A DNA stretch of 64,000 bases, from assembly GCF_036588685.1 (NCBI RefSeq), contig NC_086384.1, positions 41,168,001 through 41,232,000 of the forward strand, in the 5' to 3' direction. Origin of the DNA: Mytilus trossulus (taxonomy: Eukaryota). A program made the translations under genes and the position numbers. Of this stretch, positions 1 to 12,480 are shown one piece after another (positions within the stretch are counted from its first letter, which is position 1; each line of letters opens with the position of its first letter). A model generated the notes under the pieces. The model searched no databases and was not told where the DNA came from. It saw only the letters and a program-made list of their open reading frames with translations.

Positions 1-911
1 GCTCAGCGTTCTTACAACACTTTCAAACATTCGCATGATATTGTACAAAATGTATAAAATCTAGATCATTGACGGAATGGATATGACTAGAAACAAACAT
101 ATTTCTATTGTTTTTATAATCTGACTATGGTAAAGGTCAGTCTGTATACCTCGAATACCTTCTGATATTTGATACTATAAATTCACATTAGCAAAAACAT
201 AGCATCAGTTATATGTTAATTTGTTCTATTTGTTTTTGTGATCAGGGATATACTGGTCAATAAAAAAAAATAAAAAAAACTTACACTAAGACTTGAGTAT
301 TTATTTTATTTCCAATATATTATAAGAATCACCGAATTCAAATCAATGAAATGCGGAAAGGTAAGTAATTATTTGCTGCTTGGTAAATTTGAGGAAAATG
401 GTGGATGAAATCTGGTTTTAAAACTAGCTAACCCTCTCAGTTGTATGACAGTCGAAAACTTATCATCAAATTTGTACTTACCATGATCAACTTGACGTTG
501 TAACTGGTAGATCAGTGTCTGTTCACTTTTGATAAGGGCCTAGCTGGTGATATGTCAATTCTTTAAAAGCAATTTCTCTCTTTTGTTTATAAAGTTTGCC
601 CTATATTAACCTTTCGTTGTAATTTTTGTATGTTATTCTCCATTCTTTATAACTTTTGCCTGGTATTCTCTCTTCTTTATATTTGAGCACCCCAATTGTT
701 TTCAATTCCTGACTATCTTGATATTTTTCTCCATTATCTTTTTTGCTATTCCTTTATTATGTACGTTCTATCCAAAAATACCGAACACCGCGGAAAAAGA
801 CCATAAGCAAATGGCAAAATCAAATGTTCAAATACATCTAGCGAATATATAACAACTGTCATATTTTTGACTTTTTAGAAAATGGTGGATTAAATCTAGT
901 ATTTTTAAGCT

Positions 912-1047
912 CAGTGGCGGATCCAGGGGTGGTCCCGGGGTTTTACACCCCCTTTTTGGACGATCAATGCATTTAAATGGGGACATATAGTTGAAACACC
1001 CCTTTTGTCCTTGATTGGGACCCCCCTTTTTAAAATGACTGGATCCG
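912..1047. mobile_element. Short MITE-like element
   Basis: CAGTGGCGGATCCAG ... CTGGATCCG inverted ends with G/C runs inside. Confidence 0.5.
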
Positions 1048-2217
1048 AATCAATTTAAAAGGCCAAATAATATACGAAGTTGAAGAGCATGTCATATTCC
1101 TGACTTGGTAGAAACATTTTCTTATGCAGAAAAATTATAAATCAAATCTGGATTTATAGGTAGTTTAATCTTTCAATTGTGTGATAGTCCTATAAAACTC
1201 CATAATCTTGACAACTATGTGGAGTTATGTATTTATTATCAATTAATATGGCGATTATGTTCAATGATAGCAAAATAGCTGTTCTACATCCGATTTGATT
1301 TGGTATTGTTCATGTAAATTTTTAAAATATGTTTTTCTTGAATGATTCACAGATTTTGTAGTGTAGCACAAAGTTATAATAAAATTTTGTACCTAAACAT
1401 TACTTTTATTGCTGAGGTTTCAAATTACGTCTCCTTTCTCAATAATTTAGTGGTAAAGTAAATGTGTAGTAACTAATCACTTTTTGTTTGAGCTGTAATT
1501 TAAATTCAATAATTGCATCCAAATAAAGGGGGCCAATAACAAACAAATTTTTATAACTTTGTTTTCAATAACCGATTCTGATTTTGTCCGACTTAGTAAC
1601 AATAATTATTGTAGTAAAAAAAGAATCACCTTGTGTCATTCTATATAAACTCATAATAGATACCAGAACTAAATCTTATTTGTATACGCCAGACGCGCGT
1701 TTCGTCTTCAAAAGACTCATCAGTGACGATCGAATCCAGAAAAGTTATAAAAAAAAACAAAATTAGCCAAATAAAGTACAAAGTTGTAGAGCATTGAGGT
1801 TCAAAATTTCCAAATGTGTTGCCAAATACAGCTAAGGTCATCAATGCCTGAGGTTGAAAAGCTTAAGAAAAAAAAAATCAAAATGAACATGAATTTTCTA
1901 TGTCGTCGATTACCGATTATTGATTGTATACCCTAGTTCAATCGGAGACATTTTAAACTTAATTAACAGTAAAAATAACATGTGTCTGATTGTGTCATTG
2001 TTTATGCTAAGTATTATAAAATTCCGATATCGCCGCTGTATTGTGTTTCTAATTAAGTGGGTTTTATTGCATTTAGGAAATTAATATCGAGTTCCCCCAT
2101 CATTGTTTTTGTTAGAACTAAAGTTATCCAAAATTAATTCTTTAAAGTGATGAAGCTTTAGATGTGTTCGACATTCATGTGTTCTTGGTGAGATGATTCA
2201 TTCTCGATTGTAAAAAA

Positions 2218-5200
2218 ATGTTGATTTGCGTTTTTGTTCTTTATGCTCTAAAATTTGGTAAGTATAAATTACTTGTGCCAATGTAAATGTTGTTTATATA
2301 AAATAATTTGTTTTATAGTGATTAAGATAATACCACATTGTTGACTCTATACTCCTATTAATATTTTGATATGAGCGTCACTGATGAGTCTTAAGTAGAC
2401 GAAACGCACGTCTGGCGTAATAAATTAAAGTCCTGGTACCTTTGATAACTATTTGACATGTTTTCCTATTATGTTTGTTTATTTTGTTCACATATAATGG
2501 AAATGTATGCCACTGTCCTTCAAGTGAGAGGTTTAACTAGCTAGAAGACCAGTTTAAATCCACCATTGTCTACTTCAAACATGACTGTACCAAGTCAGGA
2601 ATATGACAATTATTGTCCATTCGTTTTGATTTTGCCGTTTAATTAAGGATTTCCGTTTTGATTTTCCCTCCTCTTTTTTTTCAATAAATCGAATTTTTAA
2701 TTTCCTTCAAATAGCATTCATAAATTTTACAAAATACCTAATATGTTTGCTGCAGTGTTGACCTCGATATTCACAGGTTTAGAAAGTTAAAAAAAAATAA
2801 TAGTTTAAATAGAGTTATAGTGTCATTTAATATCGCTACCGAACGAAACATACGACCAACATTGGTGTTGTGTGGTTGGCATTTTTTATTCTTCTATGTA
2901 TCGGTTGTGTTGACTGTTGTTTGTCTTTTTATCCTTTCTCTTTTTCGTTTGCTTTCCTTTAGTTTTGGCTCGAGAAACCTCATTGAGCATCCTTTTTTGA
3001 GTTACCGAAAGACTGGTCTCCTCTAACTCTTACTTAAATTATAAAATGATTTCGAATATTTGACCGTTGATGGCTCTTATTATTTTACATAAAATTCAAG
3101 TGGAACAGATATCATAGAATGCGTAATTTAAATCTATGAATCTTAAAAATATCAGGGTAGCTTGCGCATTTCGACAAAACATGTCTCTTCAGTGATGCTC
3201 GTGGCCAAAATATGTGAAATCCAAAGCTTACATAAAAGATAAAGAGCTATAATCCAATAGGTCCAAAATCAAAAGTAACCTAATGAATGAGCTTCAATCC
3301 CCAAAAAGTACAATAGGTAAAGAAAAAAAGAGCGAAGAATAAAGGTGGTTTGCACGAGGAATATCCATTTCTATATTTTAAATAATTTACAAAAGTTTGC
3401 AACTGCAAATAAATATTATAAATATTATGTGTTTTATTGGATTTTTACCACCTGCCATCACATTTAATGAATGGTAATTTTAACATTGCCTTAAAGCGAG
3501 ATTTTGCTAGACACAAAACCAGGTTTAACCTTCCATTTTTTTTGGTCAAATGCCCTATACCAAGTTAGGAAAACGGCAATTGTTATCTTATATAAAAAGT
3601 AGAAGTGGTATGATTGTCAGTGAGACAAAAGAGGAATGAAAGATACCAAAGGGACATTCAAACTCATAAATCTAAAATAAACTGACAACGCCATGGCTAA
3701 AAATGGAAAAGACAAACAGACAAAAAAAGTACACATGACACAACATAGAAAACTAAAGGATAAACAACACGAACTCCATCAAAAACTAGGTGTGATCTCA
3801 GGTGCTCCGGAAGGGTAAGCAGATCCAGCTCCACATGTAGTACCCGTCGTGTTGCTTATGTGAAAACTAATCCGGTAAATAGAGAAGGGGATTGTAGTTA
3901 CGACGTAAGGAACATATCCGATTTCATTTGTGAAACGGTAATTCTATAACGATCAACCAACTCGTGATGGCGTCCGTAAAATTTACGAAGGCGTGATTTC
4001 AAATTCATCATTTGGAACTCTTGGTTTAATAGATTCCTTGTGAATGCCAACCCTCTATCAAGAAAATCACGATAGGAAATGCAAACATGGGAATATCGCA
4101 TCAACTTGGAGATATATACCCCGTATGCAGGTGCTGCTGGAATGTTGCTACTTAGAAATTGAAAGTGTACAATTGGATAGCTGAAATCATCTCTTTTGTC
4201 GTAAAGTTTTTTTTCAACTGACTTTCATTGTCAATTTATAGATGTTAGTCAAGATATGAGGCCGACTTCACTGTATCTGTATTATCCTTTATCTCCAGTT
4301 CGATGGGATAGATGCGTTCCAAATAGTCACAAAATTTTGAATTAATTAGTGAAAGAACATCATCTATATAGCGGAAAGTAGAGTTAAAGGATATTGCTTA
4401 CTTCTTGCTTTTCTTCCTAAGAAGTTCCTGCATGAAGTCAGCCTCATAATAATAAAGAAACAAGTCGACAACTCTCCATTAACCATTAAATGTCGCCATA
4501 CAGCCTTCAACAATCAGCAAAACCCAAACCGCATATTCAGCTATAAAAGGCGTCGAAATGACAATGTAAAATAATTCAAACGATAAAACTAACGGCCTAA
4601 TTTATGTACCAAAAATGAACGAAAAACAAGTATGTAACACATTAACAAACATCAACCACTGAATAACGGGCTCCTGACTTGGGGCAGGCTCATACATACA
4701 GAATGTTTGGTGTTACAAATAGTTTGTTTATATGTATGTTGCATTTGCGTTTGTTTTTTTTGCACACAGTGTTTGTTGTTTCATTGTTTTTCTCTTATAG
4801 TTGGTGTATTTCCCTCAGTTTTAGTTTGTAACTCTTATTAGTTTTCTCTCGATCGATTTTTGAACAGCAATATACTACTGTTGTCTTTATTTAAAACACA
4901 CCGGATAATTTTGTATCTGCGAAGTTCATACGCAGGTGAATAAAAAGACTGGTATGAAAATTGATCCACATAGGAAACTATATTTTCGTGCGAATAAATC
5001 GATGACAAATTCAGCCAGTTACCTGAGGACACTTATTACCTGAGGTCCTACATCCGCGGACACAGGATAGTAAAGAATGAGGTAAACAACACATTGACGA
5101 GATATTGATGGGGTCATTTATTGTTTTAGTCTTTTAATGAATTAATTTCGTAGATTTGTTTTTTTTAGTCTGTAATTTTTTCTTAATTATTGATTTCTAT

Positions 5201-8200
5201 CCTTTTTAAAACGTTTTTTTTTGTATTCTTTATATTTATCTACCTATTTACTCTCTACTTGTTGCCTCCCTTTTATCTGTATCTCTGCAATTATTCCATA
5301 TTCAGTAATTCCTATTTATAAAATAAAAGCAGATTTATCACTAACTGAATATAAAGTGATATACGTAGAACATAGTCAAGCTTGTATTTTTATTGTAGGA
5401 TTATGTATGGCAGACCAAACACTAGTTGGTACAGAATTTCTTTTTGTTGTTCCGATTGAGTACAGTTCGTCATCAATTAGCGAATCTTACATTATCATTA
5501 ACAACCATGAAACAAATAGGGCAGTTGTTATGGTAAAAACCCCGAACGACCCTAATCTGATTGATAACACACTCGACATCACTGGTAATTATTTTCGAAA
5601 AATGATTGTTCCAGAAGATGTGTTCAGTAGATTATTCGAACCTGCACAAGAAAACTGCATTTATATTGAAGTGACGAACAGGGTCAACATTGACGTCACA
5701 GTTGTCATCGTTACTCCGTATGATTCGGATTCTTTCTTCGTGTTCCCTCTTTCACTTCTAGGAAATACCTATAATGTAATCGCACCAAAAATGTCGAACG
5801 ATTCGTATTCGTTTGTGTCTATAGTTTTCCCCCATTTAAGCAACCAGGTCACTCTTGCCTTCAATAAAATGGTTGATCTTGTGGATTTAAATCAACCAAT
5901 AGGTACGAGCATTTATACTTTGTTAAACAACACCACCGCCGAGATCAATATAAAGTACGCATACAGTGTGTTTAACTTGTGGTATTATAACGATTTGACT
6001 GGTCTGCAAATTACAAGTAACACAGATATAGCAGTGTTTGCAGGGTGTGCCCACACGACCTTTCTGAGTAATGGAAATCCTAAAATCTTTATGATTGACC
6101 AAGTACCACCAACTCTCGTCTTGGGACGAGATTATATTATAAGCAGATTTGGATCTCATCATCTTGCAGGTGTATTTATCCTTACAACTTCTGATAATAC
6201 TTCGGTGGTAGGGTACAATGAAGATAGTTGCATGTATGACACGGGTAATACTAATGATTGGGATTACTATGAAATGAACTCAGATATTCTTTTCATTTCA
6301 TCCAGTGAACCAATAGCAGTTGTCCATATTCTAGAATCGGGTACGTCAAAGCCGTCAATGTATTATGCCACTCCATTGGATGGATTTCAGAAATCTTATG
6401 AATTTTACATTCCACCTTCATACGAACAGTCGGATATTTATGGGGTCACAGTTTTCACGTCTGACTCGAGCAGTATCATGCTGAATTCTCAATTGGTCCA
6501 AGCTACTTCTACAGGTTCAAATGACCTGGACATTGGTGGTGTGTCGTATTCGGCGCTAGTATATACCCCTGATCCCGGAAATGTCAACAGAATAAACCAT
6601 ACCAGTGCAAACTTTGGTGGTTATGTATACTACGAACATAATTCATCACTGATTTTACGCACTCTTGGAGGACATTATTTCCAGAGAAACGTGGTAGGTC
6701 AACTCTTAAGAGCTATTTTCCTAACGCATATAATTCATAGAAAAGGTTGAATTGCTTGGTTTGTTTATATAAATGTTTGCTCAAGAATTGTAAATAAGAT
6801 TGAGCATATATGTGTTGCACTTCATTGTACATATCACAAATGTGGCTTCAATAAACTACAGATCCCTTATTGAAAAAGTAAAAACACAAAAATACTAAAC
6901 TCCGAGGAAAATTACATTACATTTCAATTTTTTTTATACTTACATATACCAATCAAGATAAAATTCCAATATCACGGCCCAGGCTTTGTCTAAATTTCAA
7001 ACAAATATATTGCTTACATGAATTATTTCTTAAATAATGCGTATTTTATTTTGAATGTTATTGGCCCTGGAGAGTTGTTATAGATAATCCAAACTCCATA
7101 AGATGATAAGACGTGTGCATGGTGTGATGCTACTTAACATTTGAGGTTGAACATCTAATCAATTCTTATACACTTACTGTAATATCTGTTTTCTGTGTAT
7201 GACAAAATTACATCAAACATGTGGTGCACACTGAATCATGTTATTTACAGGTGTGTACCGCATGTTTATGGTTATTTCGAACGACAGAAAAAATATTATA
7301 GGTACCCTAATGAATAAATCTAAAATTCCAATTTTGAGGAAAATTAAAATCACGAATAAACGTTGATGGCGTCAAGTGATAAGTTACAAAATAATGTCAA
7401 TCAATACATCCAAAATTTAATTTATTTATAGAACTTACAATCTTTTTTAACAGACTTGCAAGCCTGGTAGCAACGTCCCGGGATGCATTACACCAAACAC
7501 CAATTGTCCATATTCAGGTAAAGAGGTAAAGATTAGTCATACAAAAAAAGACAACTAAGTTTTTGTTCAATAAGGATCTATTTTTACTTAATATCAGAAA
7601 TCAATGGCAGGTTTCTTTATTTTTGTGCTATATGTTTAAAAATAACGCTGAAATGTGGTTTGTTGGGATAACTTGTAGATTTGTTTACAGAGCGTCGTAT
7701 TCAAATAAAAAGTTTTATTTTAATAATAGAATAAAGACAGATATATATTGCATAAATCATTCTTCAATCACAGCTGTGTCACATATGAAAACATAATAAT
7801 TTTATATAGATCTTTAAACGTTAAAAACAATCTCGTGAACTAATGGAAAAACGCTAATTAGGTTTTTTTTTTTATCATTTTGAATTCGAGCGTTACTGAT
7901 GAGTCTTTTGTAGACGAAACGCGCGTCGGAGCAAATACAAAACTTCAATCTTGGTATCTACGATGAGTTTATTTCCACAATCAATCGCTGAAATCGGACA
8001 ATATTTTAACGCACTTAAAAAACTGGGCATGAATATATATTATTTTTCAACTTCAGCTCCTACAATTAGTATTGCGAATATAAACTCCAGTATCATTTAT
8101 GGTGGCAATATTACCTTAAATTGTCTTATTGTTTCACATCCTGCCATTACGACATTCAGCTGGGGTATCAACACATCGACAGGATTTACTGACATCACTT

Positions 8201-11200
8201 CCGGTGGATCGTACACAGTAGAAACTGATACCACTACAGACAACGGAAGAGCCAACATTTCAATGACAATTTCCAATGTCACTTTTATCGAGAAAACATA
8301 CACATGTCGTGCTGGGAATAATATTGGGAACGAATTTGTAAGTGTGACGTTACATGTTCTTGGAGGTAAGATTTCATTGTAAAAAATCAGTGGTGCTTTC
8401 ATTTCAAAAAAAGTATATACTTCTGGCTTATAAACACATAATTAAGAAGATGTGATTTGATCGCAAATTAGACAACCTTTTATCAGAGAACAAATGTAGT
8501 AGACGGAGGCATCTGCAGGTCACCGTACGAACTTCAAAAATGAGCATAACCTATACCGAATATAATAAGCAATATGTAAAAGGTTAATAGACTATTTCAG
8601 GCATGATCAGGGCCGACAGAAGATTGTTATTATTTAGCCGTTATGTTTCATTCTTTACAAAGTTTGATGTTACGATAGACTGTCATCAATGTTTATAACC
8701 GCACTTGGTGAGTCGTGAAAGCCTTGGATGGGTAAAACTACTTCTTTAAAATTTGTGTTTGTGGATTTTATGCTGAGCATGCATGCAATAATCAGATGCG
8801 CTAGAAATGAATCGTCAGCTCGGAAATCTGCTCTCACAATCATGCATGACGCGGTAAAATTTCCATTACCAAATACGTTAGTACAAATAACAGCCTTCAA
8901 TCAACCAATCTTGCGTTTTTGTATTATTCTTTACTAAAATAGTTACATAGTTTTACCTTTATCATTTACTTGATATGAAAAAACCGATATGTCATGTTGA
9001 GGACGGATATTTGCAACTAAAATAAATGCTAGTTGCGTGAGAAGGGTAAAATATCCAGCGTCGCTTTCACAAGCGTGCACACTAATCAGTGTGAATAGTA
9101 TGTTTGAATGTTGACAGTGTGTTCTGACAAAACTAGTTCTCATAGGGTTCTGTGTCAAACGATTTTTCCCAAAGACAGCTAATCTGTTCCAAACACTAAG
9201 AAAAATAGCAGTGTGAATTCACATTACTATAAGACGTGTCACGGTACTTATCTATCCCGAATTCATGTATTTGGTTTTGATGTTATATTTTTTATTCTCA
9301 TATGATTTTGTCTAATGCTTAGCGTTTCTGTGTGAGTTTTGGAAAGCGGTATACTACTGTTTTCTTTATTTGCTAATTTAATATTTTTTTGGTTTAATGT
9401 TCAAGACAGTAAATGAGGCAATAACAATCAAAACCAAGGAGTAAACAAAGACTCTCAAAACCAAAGGACATTTACATCAAGTTATAAATAATAAATAAGA
9501 AACAACACAAACTCCACTAAAAAGTGAAATCAGGTGCTCCGTAAGGCTAAGCATTTCCTGCACCGTATACGGCATCCGTGGTGTTATTTCTTTGTTCAGT
9601 TTGGTAATGATGGAAGGTCATTATGACTGTGGAAACATATATGAGGAGGCACTATTTGCACGGATTACCAAATGATATGTTCTACAACACAAAATTAGTA
9701 TATACGTTACCTATTTTCAGATACGGAACCGGATGTTAAAAGCCCTAAGTATAGAACAGCTCTTAGTGGCGATATCATTTCGCTGCCATGTGTTATCGAC
9801 GCGACACCTAACGTCGACTATGTTCATTGGACCCGAACGACAAGCAATAAGATGATAGACATGACCAAAACCAGATACAGTGGATCGACAACTTCTTCAC
9901 CATCTTTAAATATAGATCAAGCTCGTACTTCCGACACCGGAGTATATAACTGCCACGCAAACAATACTGTCGGTAGTACTAAAGGACCTGATTTGGTATT
10001 AGTAGTTTACGATAGCACTGCCGGTAAGATTCTAAATTATTTTGTTGTAAATTCATAGAACGTGTAAATTTACCGATTTTTTTCGATTGATCACTTAAGT
10101 TTTTTTAAATGTCGAGCTAAAACAAATTATGCATTTTATGACAATAATTGAACAAACTACATTTTCAGTTTTCAGGGACAGGCCTTGAGAGGTCAGAGTG
10201 TGACTTTTTGTGTACATAATGTTTATGCTTCTGGTATTGATATTATTCTTAAAAAGACAGACTCGTCGTCAGTAGATGTTTCGTGTTGAATCAATGTTCT
10301 TTATTTTATATTGTAACTATCCAGTCTCCCATGCAGAGTTGTCGATCCTTGCTTTCTTTTAATTAAGAGAGAGTAGGGACCGACAATTGTGCGTGTTAGA
10401 ATAATACTTAATAGACTTGACAATGTATACTATATAATATAACCAAACAAAATAACATTAACATGTTTAGGTAGGAAGTGATCGTGTACCTTGCTCATGT
10501 TTTCATATCAAAATACATTTTGCAGTAAACGATGGTGGGCAATCCACGATAACAGGATCGAATGTAACAGCAGCAACAACAATAACTACAACAACAACAA
10601 CAACAAAAAGTCCTATTCTGGTTAACACAATAACAACTACTTATAATACAGCAAACACATTAAGTATGACACCTTCCGTTTCTGCAAGACCTTTAACCTT
10701 ATCTGCAAACTCAGGAGAAAATGTTACCCTAACATGCGATGTTATCGGACCTGTGACGTCAGTCTACTGGCAAAAGTACCAGGATGGAATGGTGATGAAA
10801 ATTGACCCAACCATGAACACAAATAAAACATCTGGTGCAACGACTGTAGTACCATCATTGCAGATCTACGGTGTGTCTCTGTACGACAAAGCTTTATACA
10901 AATGCTTTGCTGTTAACATTGATAAAACTGGATCCAGTGACTACGTGAGCCTTGACATATTAGATCGTAAGTACTTAAATAATTAGAAATCAAAGACGAC
11001 GATGATGATGGAATATGATAGGTTCAGTCATTCTTCTCTATTTCTTTTTTTTTATAATTAAATTATTGTTAATACTGGAGAGCAAATCTCATTATCACAT
11101 ACCGTACTTTGATTATAAATATGGGGAGGATGATGAGGGTAATTTCTTCTCCGTACAACACAATTTGTCGAAATGCGCATCTTGTTCAGTGCAATTGCTG

Positions 11201-11947
11201 CTGTTCATGTTATTAAATCAGTGGTTTATTCACAAGTATACAATATCAAACACGCCATTAATTACAAACAATTCAAACTATCGTTACGACGACGACAACG
11301 ATGATGATAACGACAATCATGACGATGACAGTGATGACGACAACGATGATGATAACGTCAATCATGACGATGACGGTGACGAAGACAACGATTTTTGACT
11401 TAATAATCATTCAAATTAAATTTACCAGAGTTTTTTTAGGGAAGAAGTATCAATTTGTCAAAGAGATTACTTGATTCTGATAGTGTCTACTTGTACTACA
11501 TCAACTATCGTGCTATATCAAAACTGTGTCAGCATAATACAGGATTACAGGTCACAAATAAGTACCACGAACCAAAACAAATGGTGTTAGATACAACACA
11601 CACTTAATTAAAAGAACACATGCCGTCTACAATACTCAATTTGATCTACTTGTTTGAATTTGTATTTTATAGAAACGTTGGTGACTTTTGTTCACATCCC
11701 TGAGGCTAAAAAGTCAGGTTACTTGGATAAAAAAAAGAGTGAAATAGAGAAAGGACTACGTGTAAATAGAAAGATATTGTCATCTTCAATACGACGTACG
11801 ACTTGTGCACCAGATTCACGACCATCAGCAACAGCAGCAGGAGCCGTTGGCGCATCATTAATGGTTGTTGTTTTTGGAACAATGGCGCTGATGGACATAC
11901 CCATTTTGATATCGGCTGTGAAAGCCTTGTTTATAATTAAACATTGA
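2218..11947 (+). CDS. Spliced single-pass membrane protein, ~908 aa: signal peptide, IgGFc-binding-protein N-terminal-like domain, Cys-rich linker, Ig, Ig, Thr-rich segment, Ig, conserved juxtamembrane/TM tail. Exons 2218-2257, 5399-6693, 7454-7517, 8057-8365, 9721-10023, 10526-10966, 11673-11947
   Basis: All junctions are GT-AG with compatible phases (1,0,1,1,1,1); total 2727 nt = 909 codons. Leader MLICVFVLYALKF/GLCMA-DQ. GTEF, 'PLSLLGNTY', 'IAVFAG', 'DQVPP..LGRDY' and 'SSSEPIAV' motifs are typical of IgGFc-binding N-terminal domains. Each Ig exon has C..W..YxC. Hydrophobic C-terminus. Confidence 0.82.
3629..4466 (-). mobile_element. Degenerate 3' fragment of a Penelope-like/non-LTR retroelement (RT C-terminus plus 3' region), inserted into a short interspersed repeat
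   Basis: The - strand reads FRYIDDV ... LYDKRDDF ... SSNIPAAPAYGVYIS ... RKFYGRHHELVDRY with stops. The host repeat is split at GACAA (3624-3628 / 4467-4471). Confidence 0.8.
5399..6693 (+). CDS. Large exon encoding an IgGFc-binding protein N-terminal-like domain (gene 1, coding exon 2)
   Basis: Acceptor ttgtag|GA at 5398/5399 and donor GTG|gtaggt at 6693; lies within ORF 5221..6750; motif resemblance to FCGBP N-terminal domains. Confidence 0.82.
8057..8365 (+). CDS. Ig-like domain exon 1 of gene 1
   Basis: ttcag|CT ... G|gtaag, phase 1-1; GGNITLNC..W..YTCRAGN. Confidence 0.85.
9721..10023 (+). CDS. Ig-like domain exon 2 of gene 1
   Basis: tttcag|AT ... G|gtaag; GDIISLPC..HW..DTGVYNCHANN. 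Confidence 0.85.
10526..10966 (+). CDS. Thr-rich linker plus Ig-like domain exon 3 of gene 1
   Basis: ttgcag|TA ... C|gtaagt; poly-Thr followed by GENVTLTC..YW..DKALYKCFAVN. Confidence 0.85.
11286..11392. repeat. Degenerate (GAC/GAT)n trinucleotide microsatellite in the last intron of gene 1
   Basis: GACGACGACAACGATGATGAT... Confidence 0.85.
11673..11947 (+). CDS. Terminal exon of gene 1: conserved LSS.IRR.TCA.D.RPS juxtamembrane motif plus TM helix
   Basis: tttatag|AA phase-1 acceptor, stop TGA at 11945-11947; aligns without gaps to the tails of the two lectin genes. Confidence 0.8.
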
Positions 11948-12480
11948 TACCAGTAGATAATGGGGTTTTGAACAATGACGATGTTAAGTATGCCTGTTCT
12001 TATATCTCTTAAATTGGTTGTTGTTAGTTGTTATGGTTCATAAATGTTTCTTGTTTTTATAAAGATTAGATCGTTGGTTTTTCTGTTTTTCTGATTTCAT
12101 ACCAGTAATTTTTGTGGCCCTTTATAGCTTGGTGTTCGGTATAAGACTATGTTCCGTGTTGAAGGCCGTACTTTGACCTAATATGGTTTACCTTTTATCA
12201 ATTGTTACATTGTGGAGATCGGTCTAATTGGCCATCATAACACAACTGCTTATATCTATTTATTTCTTAAATAGTTTAATAGACGCTTAATAATAATTAC
12301 TAATTTCAATCTGAAGGTGCCTTCATTTTTGAAAAAAATGAACGAGTATTTTTTACGAGAGCGTTTTTATAAATCACAACTTTTTTCATAATCATCGAAC
12401 CTACACGGACCTGTGAATATATCGCCACAAACATTACAAAACAAATATTTGACAAAAACCTTCAGACTTTTTATTCTAAA

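Noticed and set aside
346-360. ATG AAA TGC GGA AAG|GTAAGT as the coding start of gene 1
   Set aside because: Joined to the acceptor at 2161 it is out of frame with the signal peptide and stops quickly; at most a 5'UTR exon or uORF.
5221-5398. N-terminal part of the 509-aa ORF as real protein
   Set aside because: It starts at TTG in pyrimidine-rich intron sequence. A good acceptor at 5398 joins in phase to the signal exon 2218-2257.
11015-11398. 127-aa ORF with a poly-Asp tail (acidic shell-matrix-like protein)
   Set aside because: It lies in the last intron of gene 1. The Asp run is a degenerate GAY microsatellite, and the flanking exons splice in phase without it.
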